Made by a program: the position numbers and the translations under genes. Positions 19,101-27,937 of a stretch of 44,075 bases of DNA are shown here, in pieces. Position 1 is the first letter of the stretch; each line of letters begins with the position of its first letter. Source of the DNA: Conexivisphaerales archaeon (GTDB lineage: Archaea > Thermoproteota > Nitrososphaeria > Conexivisphaerales > DTJL01); assembly GCA_049509455.1 (NCBI GenBank), contig JBEKZX010000013.1:1-44075 (forward strand). Direction: 5' to 3'. The notes below the pieces were generated by a model. The model was not told the origin of the DNA, made no database searches, and was given only the letters and a program-made list of their open reading frames with translations.

Positions 19101-19907
19101 GGTCTTGAAGAATCGTTTCTCGACGTCGGGAGGGACCCGGTCGGGGCCCGGCTCCAGGCCGGGGCGCTCCAGCACGTAGACTACCTTCTTCCCGTCGCTC
19201 CCTGCCAGAGCTACGCTGATGACCTGGTACTCGGCCCTCTCTGGATCGGGGATGCGGCTCTCGACGGGGGAGTACACTTCGATGTCCAGCGCCACCCGCT
19301 TGATCTCCGGCTGCGGCTGGGTGAGCAGAAGTGCCCAGTTACGGATGTAGTCAGATAGCGGCGGAGTAGAATCCTCTAAGGTCTTGTGGAGAGCTTCCTC
19401 GACGCCGACTGCCGTCTCCATCACCTGGGGGATGACCTTTCCTTTCTTGACCGCATAGAAGGAGCCCACCTGAAGCTGGTTGTCGTAGAGGTAATTCTCG
19501 TAGTACTTGATATCGGCCTCGTAGGCGGGTATAATGTTCCTGATGCTCCTCTCGTTGGTAGCCCCGCCGATGGCGAGGGGATCCGATGTGATTATCTTGG
19601 ACACGAGCACCCTCTGGTCGGTGATGAGGTCCATCTTCTCCTCTGCGCGGATGTCCACAACGTCGTTTCTCTGCTTCAGGAAGGCGAGCTTCTCCAGGGG
19701 CTCCTTGGTATAGCAGTAGGGCAAATGACCAGACTTGTCGTAGTAATGGAAGATCCTCTGAGAAGTGGGCTCGTAAAACTCCAGAAAGGCTAGACGCTTC
19801 TCTCCGTCATAGCCCGCGCCCAGCAAGATGGAAGTAGGGATGTCGTCGTGGCCTGCTTCCAACTCTCTGAGGCTGGCGGCTATGTCGCCGGCCGTTGACA
19901 CTTGCAC
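16200..19907 (-). CDS. polB1: Family B DNA polymerase, B1 type, intein-containing precursor (about 1235 aa; about 849 aa after splicing)
   Basis: EADIKYY, DIEV, FNGDDFD, DFASLYPS, K.FLNASYG and YGD/TDS motifs. GTG start at 19907 follows GGGGAGG. Confidence 0.96.
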   Translation of the reverse strand: MQVSTAGDIAASLRELEAGHDDIPTSILLGAGYDGEKRLAFLEFYEPTSQRIFHYYDKSGHLPYCYTKEPLEKLAFLKQRNDVVDIRAEEKMDLITDQRVLVSKIITSDPLAIGGATNERSIRNIIPAYEADIKYYENYLYDNQLQVGSFYAVKKGKVIPQVMETAVGVEEALHKTLEDSTPPLSDYIRNWALLLTQPQPEIKRVALDIEVYSPVESRIPDPERAEYQVISVALAGSDGKKVVYVLERPGLEPGPDRVPPDVEKRFFKTEPELLLSMYEDLIRYPVVLTFNGDDFDLPYLYQRSLNMNIPKESIPITRGNLMASVRQGLHIDLYKAFNNKSVQIYAFSNKYSEHTLNGVASGLLGREKVEIDASIGELPLNELAYYNYVDAELTLELTRFNNDVFMKLFVTICRISKMPLEDASRLNVSNWIRSLMVFEHRRWNALVPRREDLEGKGGASSEAIIKGKKYKGGFVVEPKPGVHFNVVVLDFASLYPSLIKVYNLSYETVRCVHPECRNNLIPETDHWVCTKRKGMTSLLIGSLRDVRVGYFKSLAKRPGLTKADKEFYNVISQALKVFLNASYGVMGYDNFALYCLPVAEATAALGRYSIGKTIEKAKELGVEVLYGDSVAGDSVVWIKEPAGVHATRIENLFDWPSGTTVDGKEYFVPRELCVLTLDDAGRAVFSPVKYVMRHLTKKKLYRLSLTNRLTLTVTEDHSLISLQPGRRKAGREKSLKFVEIKPMEVRRRVKKLISLTRVPLEKVAVRGYPKEVYEFLGSFVGSGRFQWTEGCVGTNLDGYVIPAGSDSKALVSLVGKLKEGDWVDVYTLQGSPGEIAIRGGKLSTLLIELAEASGRTQVPFFIFNESEENVASFLRGAFGLEGSLSLEEGGRAARLSSPRACIPDGIRELLWRLGMPSSTFYTVAVKKDGTSGSPLFWLEMEDAQAVFKKVGFLTPRAKRRLHKASLGGAQAEREGDFVSVGVMDVTEVKGDNYVYDLEVEGSHRFFANGILCHNTDSVFLRAPSPDQLDLILAWARKELGIDLEVDKVYRYAAFSNRKKNYAAVYPDGTLEVKGLTGKKSNIPLFIKKTFKDVLKVLSEVKNPDEFTAARENIRQMLRDTYLRLKRREIPMEDLAFHVMMSKSVDRYTENTPQHVKAAQLLQVRGREMKPGDVISFVKTTNGVGVKPVELAKPEDIDVDKYVEYMRGTFDQLLDSLGYDFDEILGATKLEDFFGF
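16866..18023 (-). mobile_element. 386-aa intein at the pol-c site (YGD|TDS) with a degenerate LAGLIDADG homing endonuclease
   Basis: Starts SVAGDS, block B VTEDHSL, ends FFANGILCHN followed by Thr. Endonuclease blocks read FLGSFVGSG and FLRGAFGLEG. Confidence 0.95.
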
Positions 19908-20130
19908 AAACCTCCCCTTGGATAGGCTGACTTTATGGCTATTAACGTTTGGAGGTTGCGGTATTGCGCAGCCGGCCAGCGGCGGTTTCAAACGGGTAGG
20001 ACTTCACGAGGGATAGAATCTCTGGGATATCCACCGGTGATCGCGGAACGGCGATAGGGGGTCGGAATAGGTCATTGCCGCCCTGCTGGCGCGCTCGTTC
20101 ATCTCGGACACCAATAAGCTCCCCCAGGTA

Positions 20131-20397
20131 ATGCGGTCCGTGGTCAAGACGAAAGAGCAGTTCAACCAGCTCAGCGCCCAGGCGAAGGACGCCCTAGACA
20201 CGGCCGTGAGGAACCTGGAAGCGGAGGGGAGCGACCTGAGGGCCTCTCCTGCTTCTTACAACGAGTCCGAGATTCACGGGTCGCTCTCCCTGATCGACCT
20301 CGCTCACAAGCTCAAGGTCCCCACCGAGGGAAGGACCACCGAGGAGATCGCAGACTCCATCGCGAGCCTTGCCGTCCACGCGGCGCAGCATTCCTAG
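20131..20397 (+). CDS. Small hypothetical helical protein
   Basis: 88-aa ORF with host-like codon bias filling the gap divergent from polB1. Confidence 0.6.
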   Translation: MRSVVKTKEQFNQLSAQAKDALDTAVRNLEAEGSDLRASPASYNESEIHGSLSLIDLAHKLKVPTEGRTTEEIADSIASLAVHAAQHS

Positions 20398-20514
20398 GTC
20401 GAAGGACGGCCTGTGCGCAAAGGGGCCGGTCTGACCGACCCAATCCAGCCGACCGCTCTCGACTTTTTTCCCCGACGCAAAGTCTTATATTGTTGTCACA
20501 TCGGTGCTTGGCTC

Positions 20515-20874
20515 ATGCAGAAGGCTGCCGTAAGGCGGTTGCTGTCCGGGGTCGACTTCGTCGGCAGTGCCGCGCTAGTCGCCATCCCCCTCGTTGCTCG
20601 AGTTGGGGCTTACACCGCCTTCCCCGGGGTCATCGGAATGATCTTGTCGGCAGCATCCTTCTACTGGGATAGCGGCGACATCTACCGCCTGTGCACCGGC
20701 GCCACGTCCCTCATGCTTTTCGGCGCGTTCGCCGCCTGGGGCTCGGCCTTCTGGGGCACGTATTCGGCAGTGGGCGACAACTCGGCGCTGGGACTGTCGG
20801 TGGTCTGCGTGCTTGTCGCCGTGGCCTACCTGTTGACCTTGCTTACAGCCATCGCCAGCAAGGACCAGAAGTGA
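20515..20874 (+). CDS. Hypothetical membrane protein (about 4 TM helices)
   Basis: Hydrophobic segments. ATG 20515 about 30 nt after CTTATA. Confidence 0.65.
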   Translation: MQKAAVRRLLSGVDFVGSAALVAIPLVARVGAYTAFPGVIGMILSAASFYWDSGDIYRLCTGATSLMLFGAFAAWGSAFWGTYSAVGDNSALGLSVVCVLVAVAYLLTLLTAIASKDQK

Positions 20875-20883
20875 CGCGCCAAG

Positions 20884-21936
20884 TTGGATGTGGAAGAGAA
20901 GCTCAGCTTCGCGATGCGGTCGCCCACCGAAGAGACGGTGACGGCCGGTGAGCTGAGGAAGCTCTTCGAAGGCAAGGAGCACCCCACTCATTATATTGGA
21001 TTCGAGATATCCGGCCTCCTCCACCTCGGCACTCTCATTATCGCTGGGAACAAGATTCGGGACCTGATGGCAGCAGGCGTCCATACGAAAGTATTCTTGG
21101 CGGACTGGCACAGTGTCATAAACAACAAGCTGGGAGGGGACTGGGATAGGATCAAGGCCGCCTCCGACTACTACAGTGAAGCCTTCCGGGCCTACGCCCC
21201 GGGCGTCGAAGTGGTCACTGGGAGCGACCTCTACAAGGGAAATGATGACTACTGGAAGGACATTATCGGGTTCAGCAAGCACGTAACCCTCAACAGGGCG
21301 AGGAGGACCTTCACGATAATGGGTCGCTCTATGAGCGACACTCTAGACGTTGCTTCCTGCCTTTACCCATCGATGCAGGCCGTTGACATACATCACCTGG
21401 GCGCCGACATCGCCCACGCCGGCATGGACCAGAGGAAGGTGCACATGCTGGCACGCGAAGTCTATCCCTCCCTCGGATGGGCTCCTCCTGTCGCCCTACA
21501 CCACCACATACTCCTCGGGCTTGAGAAGCCCGAGGCGACCGGCCTCGACGAAGACGCGAAGATGGACAGGGTGATAAGCGCCAAGATGAGTAAGTCCAAG
21601 CCGCGGACGGCCATCTTTATCCACGATGATGCTCAGACCATCCAGAACAAGTTGGCGCGGGCATGGTGCCCAGAGGCGTCGGCCGAGCTGAATCCGGTGC
21701 TGGAGCTAGTCAGGTACATCGTCTTCCATGACTTCAAGGAGTTCCACGTGGACAGGCCGGCCAAGTTCGGCGGCTCCGTCACGTACGGCTCCTATGAGGA
21801 GGTGGAAGGGGCCTATGTGAGGAGGGAGCTCCATCCTGCCGACCTCAAGCGGGCGACGGCATCATACATCGACGACGTCGTCGCTGACCTCAGGAAGAGG
21901 TTCGAGGGGCGCATGGAGAAGCTGGTGCGCGAGTAG
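20884..21936 (+). CDS. tyrS: Tyrosyl-tRNA synthetase
   Basis: YIGFEISGLLHLG, YPSMQAVDI, GMDQRKVH and KMSKS motifs. Confidence 0.96.
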   Translation: MDVEEKLSFAMRSPTEETVTAGELRKLFEGKEHPTHYIGFEISGLLHLGTLIIAGNKIRDLMAAGVHTKVFLADWHSVINNKLGGDWDRIKAASDYYSEAFRAYAPGVEVVTGSDLYKGNDDYWKDIIGFSKHVTLNRARRTFTIMGRSMSDTLDVASCLYPSMQAVDIHHLGADIAHAGMDQRKVHMLAREVYPSLGWAPPVALHHHILLGLEKPEATGLDEDAKMDRVISAKMSKSKPRTAIFIHDDAQTIQNKLARAWCPEASAELNPVLELVRYIVFHDFKEFHVDRPAKFGGSVTYGSYEEVEGAYVRRELHPADLKRATASYIDDVVADLRKRFEGRMEKLVRE

Positions 21937-22614
21937 ATGAAGACGGCAATTATCCAAGACGACTTCAAGGTCAAGGTAGACAGCGAAGTCATCCGGCAGT
22001 ATCCGGCCACTGGAGTCTACGGCATCCTCTGCGAGCCAGGGCGTCCGGGGCTATATGACTTCAGCGACCTCATAGAGACGGAAAAAGCCAAGATCCGAAT
22101 CCCGCTTAACGAGCTGAAGGAGGACCCCGTCATCTCCGCCTTCAGAAGTTTCTATTGGCGCATTGGGATCGACCCCACCAAGCAGAGACCCGCCAGCGAA
22201 GCCCTGCTCAGGAGGATCCTGCAGGGGAACTCCGTTTCCTCGATCAACTACATCGTGGACGCCGGCAACATCGCCTCGATACGCACTCATATCCCCATAG
22301 GGCTCTACGACTACGAGAAGATCAAGGGGACGTTGCGACTCACCCTATCCAAGGGCGGCGAGCCTTTCGTAGACATCACAGGGAAGGAGTGGAAGACGTC
22401 AGAGGAAGTGATCCTTCGGGACGAGGCAGGAGTCATCCACCTGTTTCCCCACAGGGACTGCGACCGAACCAAGATTACTGCTGAGACGAAGAAGGTCCTG
22501 ATTCTAGGCTGCAAGGTCCTGGGCGTGACCGACGACATGTGCAAGGCCGCCGCCTGGCAGGTCGTCCAGGTCCTGAACGAGCTGCGCTCGAACGCCACCG
22601 ACGAGTTCCGTTGA
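21937..22614 (+). CDS. Standalone B3/4 (PheT-like editing) domain protein
   Basis: AFRSFYWRIGIDPTKQRPASEALLRR, IN.IVD.GN..S....PIGLYD and RDC..T.IT motifs. Confidence 0.88.
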   Translation: MKTAIIQDDFKVKVDSEVIRQYPATGVYGILCEPGRPGLYDFSDLIETEKAKIRIPLNELKEDPVISAFRSFYWRIGIDPTKQRPASEALLRRILQGNSVSSINYIVDAGNIASIRTHIPIGLYDYEKIKGTLRLTLSKGGEPFVDITGKEWKTSEEVILRDEAGVIHLFPHRDCDRTKITAETKKVLILGCKVLGVTDDMCKAAAWQVVQVLNELRSNATDEFR

Positions 22615-22679
22615 GCCGTGGCCGTCCAACGCAACCTGAGGTAAAACTCAGAAATAACCCCTCCGAGTGGTGCAAGGGC

Positions 22680-23789
22680 GTGGAAACGATCAGGGTCCCG
22701 ATAAACAGGCCGTTCTTCGGCGAGGAGGAGGCGAAGGAGGTATACAGGTTGGTCATAGCCGGCGCGCTGACCAGCTCCGCCACCGAAGGGGGGAGAAAGG
22801 TAAGGGAGTTCGAGGCGGGCCTGTCCGCCTACCTCGGCTGCAAAGACGTCGTGGTCGTGAACTCCGGTACTTCGGCCCTGGTCGCCGCCCTGATGGCCGC
22901 CGACGTGAAATCGGGGGATGAAGTGATAGTTCCATCGTTCACCTTCGTCGCCACCGCCAACGCCGTAAGGTTCCTTGGAGCAGTCCCCGTATTCGCCGAC
23001 ATAAGGCTCAGCGACTACACATTGGACATCGACGACGTGAAGAGGAAGCTCAACAGGAAGACCAGGGCCGTCATCCCGGTGAACCTCTACGGCGACATCG
23101 CCGACGTCCATGCTCTGAAGGAGTTGTTGGAGAAGGACTTCTTACCCGTCATAGAGGACGCGGCCCAGAGCCTAGGGAGTTCCGAAGACGGGGCGCGTTC
23201 GGGAACCATGGGGGAGATGGGATGCTTCAGCTTCTACCCCAGCAAGGTAATCAGCACGGGCGAGGGAGGGGCCGTCGCCACCAACGCCCCGGAGCTCGCG
23301 ACGAAGCTGCGGATGATACGGAACCACGGAATGGTCAAGGGATACGACACGACCATCCTGGGCCTGAACTTCAGGCTGCCCGAGATCGAGGCAGCGCTGG
23401 GCGTGGAGCAACTTAGGCGCTTGGAGGGGTTCATAGCGTCTCGCAGGCGCAACGCCGCGGCATTGACCAAGGGTCTGGGCGAGCTGGGCAACGTCAGGCT
23501 AGTCAGGGAGAGGCCTGGCCAGAGGTTCAACTGGTACCTTTACACTATCTACGTGAAAGGGAACCGTGACAAGCTCATGAAGAGGCTGCGCGAGAGTGGC
23601 TTCGGGGCTACCGTCTACTATAATCCGCCCGTTCATCGCACGCCGTACTATTCGAAGCTGTCCTCCTCGCCGCTCCCCCACACGGACGACGCGGCGGCGC
23701 ACGTCCTGTCGATTCCCGTGCACCCGTTCGTCACAGAGAGCGACGTGGACGAGATGATCAGGCTAATCAAGACGGACGACGTCCGGTGA
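22680..23789 (+). CDS. DegT/DnrJ/EryC1/StrS family PLP-dependent aminotransferase
   Basis: VNSGTSAL, SFTFVATANA, EDAAQSLG and FSFYPSKVISTGEGG motifs. GTG start at 22680. Confidence 0.92.
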   Translation: METIRVPINRPFFGEEEAKEVYRLVIAGALTSSATEGGRKVREFEAGLSAYLGCKDVVVVNSGTSALVAALMAADVKSGDEVIVPSFTFVATANAVRFLGAVPVFADIRLSDYTLDIDDVKRKLNRKTRAVIPVNLYGDIADVHALKELLEKDFLPVIEDAAQSLGSSEDGARSGTMGEMGCFSFYPSKVISTGEGGAVATNAPELATKLRMIRNHGMVKGYDTTILGLNFRLPEIEAALGVEQLRRLEGFIASRRRNAAALTKGLGELGNVRLVRERPGQRFNWYLYTIYVKGNRDKLMKRLRESGFGATVYYNPPVHRTPYYSKLSSSPLPHTDDAAAHVLSIPVHPFVTESDVDEMIRLIKTDDVR

Positions 23790-23945
23790 AGTCGGAGACC
23801 TCACCGGCTTCCCTCCCCCTGCTCCTCTGATGCAGACGCCGGGCGAACCATTGCGGCCACGCAGCAGAAGCGGATGGACATGGGATGCTGATGACAGTGA
23901 TGAGAAAGCTTAAAGGAGGCTATTCTGGGGAGAGTCCCGAAGAGA

Positions 23946-24125
23946 ATGAAGGACGAACCCGTGGCCGAAGTGAAGTCCGGCGCCATCATGTACGAATGCA
24001 TCAGGTGTGGAACCAAGGTCAGCAGCGAGGACCTGGCATCGCTCCCCGAGATCAAGTGCATCTGCGGATACAGGGTATTCAAGAAGGCCCGACCGCCCGT
24101 CGTCAAGCAGCTGAAGTCTTACTGA
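23946..24125 (+). CDS. rpo12: DNA-directed RNA polymerase subunit Rpo12 (P), 59 aa; below the ORF-track cutoff
   Basis: Hand translation MKDEPVAEVKSGAIMYECIRCGTKVSSEDLASLPEIKCICGYRVFKKARPPVVKQLKSY shows YxCxxCG...KC.CGYRVF.K.RP. Confidence 0.92.
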   Translation: MKDEPVAEVKSGAIMYECIRCGTKVSSEDLASLPEIKCICGYRVFKKARPPVVKQLKSY

Positions 24126-24210
24126 ACACGACTACGTCTGCCGACGATGTGGACTACCATAGCGGTGATAAGCTTTTAACGGCCACGTCCGAGTCTTTCA
24201 AAGAATTTAG

Positions 24211-25242
24211 TTGAAGCCAGTTGCTTCCGTGGGTATCTTAGGCTACGGGGCTTACGTGCCACTGTACCGGCTCCCTACAACGGAGGTCGCCCGCGTATGG
24301 CGAGGAGAGGGCGCCGGGCCCAACAAGGAGAAGGCGGTGGCCCACGACGACGAAGACACGTTCACCATGGCCTGCGAGATGGCAAGGAGGGCCGTTAGGA
24401 TGGCTGGGGTGGACAAGCTGGGCGCCGTCCTGGTGGGGACCGAGTCGAAGCCCTACGTCGTCAAACCCACTTCCACTATATTGGCCCAGGCCCTCGGGCA
24501 GCACTTCTCCCTGGCGGCCGACCTGGAGTTCGCGTGCAAGGCTGGGACGGAAGCCATGCAGTTCAACATCGCACTGGTCGCTTCAGGGATGATACCGGCA
24601 GGCCTAGCCGTCGGCGTCGATACGGCGCAGGGAAGGCCGGGCGACGAGCTGGAGTACACCGCAGGCAGCGGCGGGGCGGCGTACGTCATCGGGAAGGGGA
24701 GGGACTCGCTGGCGACGTTCGAGGCCAGCACCTCTTACGTCAGCGACACTGGCGACTTCTGGAGGAGGCCGGGCGAGAAGTTCCCCAGCCACCTCGGCAG
24801 GTTCACCGGCGAGCCCGCCTACTTCCATCATGTCGAGAGCTGCATGAAGGCCCACCTTGAGGAGACGGGGCATAAGCCCTCCGACTATAGCTGGGCGGTC
24901 TTCCACCAGCCCAACCCTCGCTTCCCGGTGGAGGTGGGGCTGAAGCTGGGCTTCAAGATGGAGCAGATGGAGCCGGGCCTCCTCAACACGGTCATCGGCA
25001 ACACCTATGCAGGCAGCTCTCTCATCGGCCTCGCGGCCACCCTGGACGTCGCCAAGCCGGGGGACAGGATATTGATCTGCAGCTTCGGAAGCGGAGCAGG
25101 GAGCGACGCCTTCACCCTAGAGGTCACCGACCGGATCCTCGAAAAGAGGAAGCTGGGCGTCTCCGTGAGGAGCATGGTGGACAGGTCCGTGAAGGTGGAT
25201 TATGCCGTGTACACGAGGTTCAGGGGGAAGCTTCAAGATTGA
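24211..25242 (+). CDS. Hydroxymethylglutaryl-CoA synthase, archaeal type
   Basis: VGTESKPY.VKP, EFACKAGT, FHQPN and GNTYAGS motifs. Confidence 0.95.
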   Translation: MKPVASVGILGYGAYVPLYRLPTTEVARVWRGEGAGPNKEKAVAHDDEDTFTMACEMARRAVRMAGVDKLGAVLVGTESKPYVVKPTSTILAQALGQHFSLAADLEFACKAGTEAMQFNIALVASGMIPAGLAVGVDTAQGRPGDELEYTAGSGGAAYVIGKGRDSLATFEASTSYVSDTGDFWRRPGEKFPSHLGRFTGEPAYFHHVESCMKAHLEETGHKPSDYSWAVFHQPNPRFPVEVGLKLGFKMEQMEPGLLNTVIGNTYAGSSLIGLAATLDVAKPGDRILICSFGSGAGSDAFTLEVTDRILEKRKLGVSVRSMVDRSVKVDYAVYTRFRGKLQD

Positions 25243-26396
25243 GCAAGGTCTTCGTCGCCTCCGCCGGCCTGGTCCAGGTCGGCGAGCATTGGAGCAAGTC
25301 CATCCTTGACCTCATGGCCGAGGCCTCCCTGTTAGCTATGAACGCGCTTCCCGATGCGAAGCCCGACAGGGTGATCGTGGGCAACATGTTTAGCGGCGTC
25401 GGGGCCAGCCAGGAGCATCTTGGCGCCCTCCTTGCCAGCCAATTGAACCTAATCGGAGTGCCGGCCTACAAGGTGGAGGCAGCGTGCGGATCGGGCGGAG
25501 CTGCGGTGCACAACGCCTTCCTCTCCATCAAGGCGGAGGAGAGCGACGTGGTCCTCGTCTGCGGCGTCGAGAAGATGAAGGACATGGAAGTTGGACGCGT
25601 CACCGCAGCGCTGACCATGGCCGACAGCGCCGAATACACCCAGTTCCCTGGAGGGACCTTCATCTCCCTGAACGCTATCACCCATGCGCTCTACCTGAAG
25701 AAGTACGGCATATCGAGGGAGGAGATGGCGGGCTTCCCCGTCCTGGGCCATCGCAACGCAGCCCTCTCGAAGCACGCCATGTTCAAGAAGGCAATAACGG
25801 CGGAGGACGTCCTGCGATCCCCCTTGATATCCGACCCGATTCGGCTGATGGACAGCTCGCCCGTATGCGACGGGGCGGCGGCTCTTCTGCTTCTCAGCGA
25901 GAAGAAGGCCAAGGAGCTCCACGCCGAGGCCGTGGAGATTCTCGCCAGCGAAGTGGCCGCTAACCTTTTCTCCGTATACGAAAGGCCCGACCCTCTGGAC
26001 TACCTGGCCACTAGGACGGCCGCCACGAGGGCGCTGGAGAGGACTGGCTTGAAGCTGGATCAGATGGATTTCATGGAGACGCATGACGCCTTCTCCATAA
26101 CCGCCGCGCTCACCCTCGAGTCGCTCGGCGTCTGCAAGCCTGGGAAGGCCCCCCATGACGTGAGCACTGGCAGGTTCGACCTGACGGGCGAGCTTCCGCT
26201 GAACACCTTCGGGGGGCTGAAGGGCAGGGGGCACCCCGTAGGCGCCACCGGTGTCTACCAGGTGGCCGAAGCCTACCTCCAGCTCTCTGAGAAGGCCGAG
26301 AAGAATCAAGTTAAGGGGGCCAAGATCGGCCTCACACACAACATGGGAGGGCTGGACACGACAACCTTCATTCACATTTTGAGGAGGGCGGCCTGA
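25239..26396 (+). CDS. Acetoacetyl-CoA thiolase (acetyl-CoA C-acetyltransferase), archaeal type
   Basis: VEAACGSGG, SPVCDGAAA and GGLKGRGHPVGATG motifs. Confidence 0.93.
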   Translation: MSKVFVASAGLVQVGEHWSKSILDLMAEASLLAMNALPDAKPDRVIVGNMFSGVGASQEHLGALLASQLNLIGVPAYKVEAACGSGGAAVHNAFLSIKAEESDVVLVCGVEKMKDMEVGRVTAALTMADSAEYTQFPGGTFISLNAITHALYLKKYGISREEMAGFPVLGHRNAALSKHAMFKKAITAEDVLRSPLISDPIRLMDSSPVCDGAAALLLLSEKKAKELHAEAVEILASEVAANLFSVYERPDPLDYLATRTAATRALERTGLKLDQMDFMETHDAFSITAALTLESLGVCKPGKAPHDVSTGRFDLTGELPLNTFGGLKGRGHPVGATGVYQVAEAYLQLSEKAEKNQVKGAKIGLTHNMGGLDTTTFIHILRRAA

Positions 26397-26398
26397 GG

Positions 26399-26794
26399 AT
26401 GGTCAACCCCATATCCTACTGGAGGCTGAAGGATCGCTACTTCAACCTGGTGGGCTCGAAGTGCAAGAAGTGTGGGGCGGAGTGGTTCCCCCCCGTGAAG
26501 GTATGCAGGAAGTGCGGCTCGCAGGAGTTGGGAGATCACGAGATGCCCCACACGGGGAAGCTCCTCACCCACACCGTGTTAAGGGAGCCGGCCGACGAAT
26601 TCAAGCGCTACGCGCCGTACATCCTCGGGCTCGTGGAGCTGGACAACGGCCAGAGGCTGCTGGCCCAGATAGTGGACGTGGACATCACCAGCGTCCAGAA
26701 CGGGACGCCCGTGAGGCTAACGCTGAGGAAGCTCACCGAAGACGGCAAGAAGGGCACCATCTATTACGGCTACAAGTTCACTCCCCTGCCCTAG
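26399..26794 (+). CDS. DUF35 Zn-ribbon/OB-fold scaffold of the thiolase-HMG-CoA synthase complex
   Basis: GSKCKKCG..FPP..VCRKCG and YGYKF motifs, in the typical operon position. Confidence 0.92.
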   Translation: MVNPISYWRLKDRYFNLVGSKCKKCGAEWFPPVKVCRKCGSQELGDHEMPHTGKLLTHTVLREPADEFKRYAPYILGLVELDNGQRLLAQIVDVDITSVQNGTPVRLTLRKLTEDGKKGTIYYGYKFTPLP

Positions 26795-26917
26795 GCGGGA
26801 CGCCTGAATGCGGCAGCGACCGTCAATGAATTTCTTTGAACTTCTCTCCCCTGAAACCGTCAGGAATGAAGATATCCATATTAATGCACCTAATCGATAA
26901 GACCCGCTGAAGTAACA

Positions 26918-27937
26918 ATGTCGTACGTCCCCGACGAAGAGCTCTACGACGTCATCATCATCGGAGGAGGGCCCATCGGCCTCTTCGCCGTCTACTACGC
27001 GGGGTTCAGGGACCTCAAGGTGAAGCTCCTCGAAGCCACCGAGGCCCTTGGAGGCCAGGTGTCGCTTCTCTACCCTGACAAGTTCATCTACGACATGCCG
27101 GGGTTCATGTCGGTCAACGGGAAGGAGATGATCAGCAACCTCGTGGCCCAGGCGTCCCAGTTCAACCCCACCATCTGCCTGGGGGAGCGCGTGCTCCACG
27201 TAGAGAGGATGAGCGCGCAGCAGTTCGAGATCATCACCGACAGGGGGAAGCATCTGGGCAGGGCGGTCATCATCGCCACGGGGATCGGGGCCTTCTCGCC
27301 CAACAAGGTCGTAGCGCCCGGGGTCAACGAGCTGGAGGGGAAGGGCATCTACTACTACGTCAGGGAGCCCCTCGACTTCAAGGGCAAGAAGGTTGTCATC
27401 ATAGGGGGAGGAGACACGGCGGTGGACTGGGCCCTCCACCTGAAGGACATAGCGTCGAAGATCTACCTTGTGCACAGGAGGGACGTATTCAGGGCCCACG
27501 AAAAGTCCGTGGAGGCCCTCCACGCTTCCAACATCGAGATTAGGCTCTGGTCGGAGATGGTCGAGGTGAAGGGGGACGGGTGGGTGAAGCAGGTCGTGAT
27601 CAAGAACTGCCAGACTAACGCCACGGAGACCGTTGACTGCGACGACCTCCTGGTGCTGGTCGGGTACAAAGCCGACCTGAGCATAGTCAAACAGTGGGGA
27701 ATATCCATGGACCCCAGGGGCATCACCGTGGACTCCAACTACGAAACGAGCGTTCCCGACATCTATGCGGCGGGGGACGTAGCGTCGCCCAGGGAGACAC
27801 TGAAGCAGAACCTCCTGGTGGTGGGGTTCGCCCAAGGGACCACCTGTGTCAACCGGATCAAAAAGATCCTTTCGCCGGGCTCGGCAGCCTTCGAGCACAG
27901 CACCTTGAAGGAGCCCGTAGCTGGCGGCGCAGCCTAG
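26918..27937 (+). CDS. TrxB-fold FAD oxidoreductase lacking CxxC; ferredoxin-NADP reductase (YumC-like)
   Basis: IIGGGPIG, GGQVSLLYP.K.IYD.PG, ATGIGAFSP, GGGDTAVDWA and YAAGD motifs. Confidence 0.85.
   Translation: MSYVPDEELYDVIIIGGGPIGLFAVYYAGFRDLKVKLLEATEALGGQVSLLYPDKFIYDMPGFMSVNGKEMISNLVAQASQFNPTICLGERVLHVERMSAQQFEIITDRGKHLGRAVIIATGIGAFSPNKVVAPGVNELEGKGIYYYVREPLDFKGKKVVIIGGGDTAVDWALHLKDIASKIYLVHRRDVFRAHEKSVEALHASNIEIRLWSEMVEVKGDGWVKQVVIKNCQTNATETVDCDDLLVLVGYKADLSIVKQWGISMDPRGITVDSNYETSVPDIYAAGDVASPRETLKQNLLVVGFAQGTTCVNRIKKILSPGSAAFEHSTLKEPVAGGAA

Noticed and set aside
19908-19991. Extra 28 aa at the PolB1 N-terminus
   Set aside because: GTG 19907 follows a GGGGAGG Shine-Dalgarno-like motif, and the upstream residues are not polymerase-like.
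22539-22679. Longer DegT start given by the ORF track
   Set aside because: It overlaps the B3/4 gene. Family similarity begins at GTG 22680 (METIRVPINRP).
23830-23910. TGATGA motifs suggesting a C/D box sRNA
   Set aside because: No correctly ordered and spaced CTGA D/D' boxes.
24211-26794. HMG-CoA synthase/thiolase/DUF35 cluster as a novel system
   Set aside because: This is the established archaeal mevalonate-entry channelling complex.
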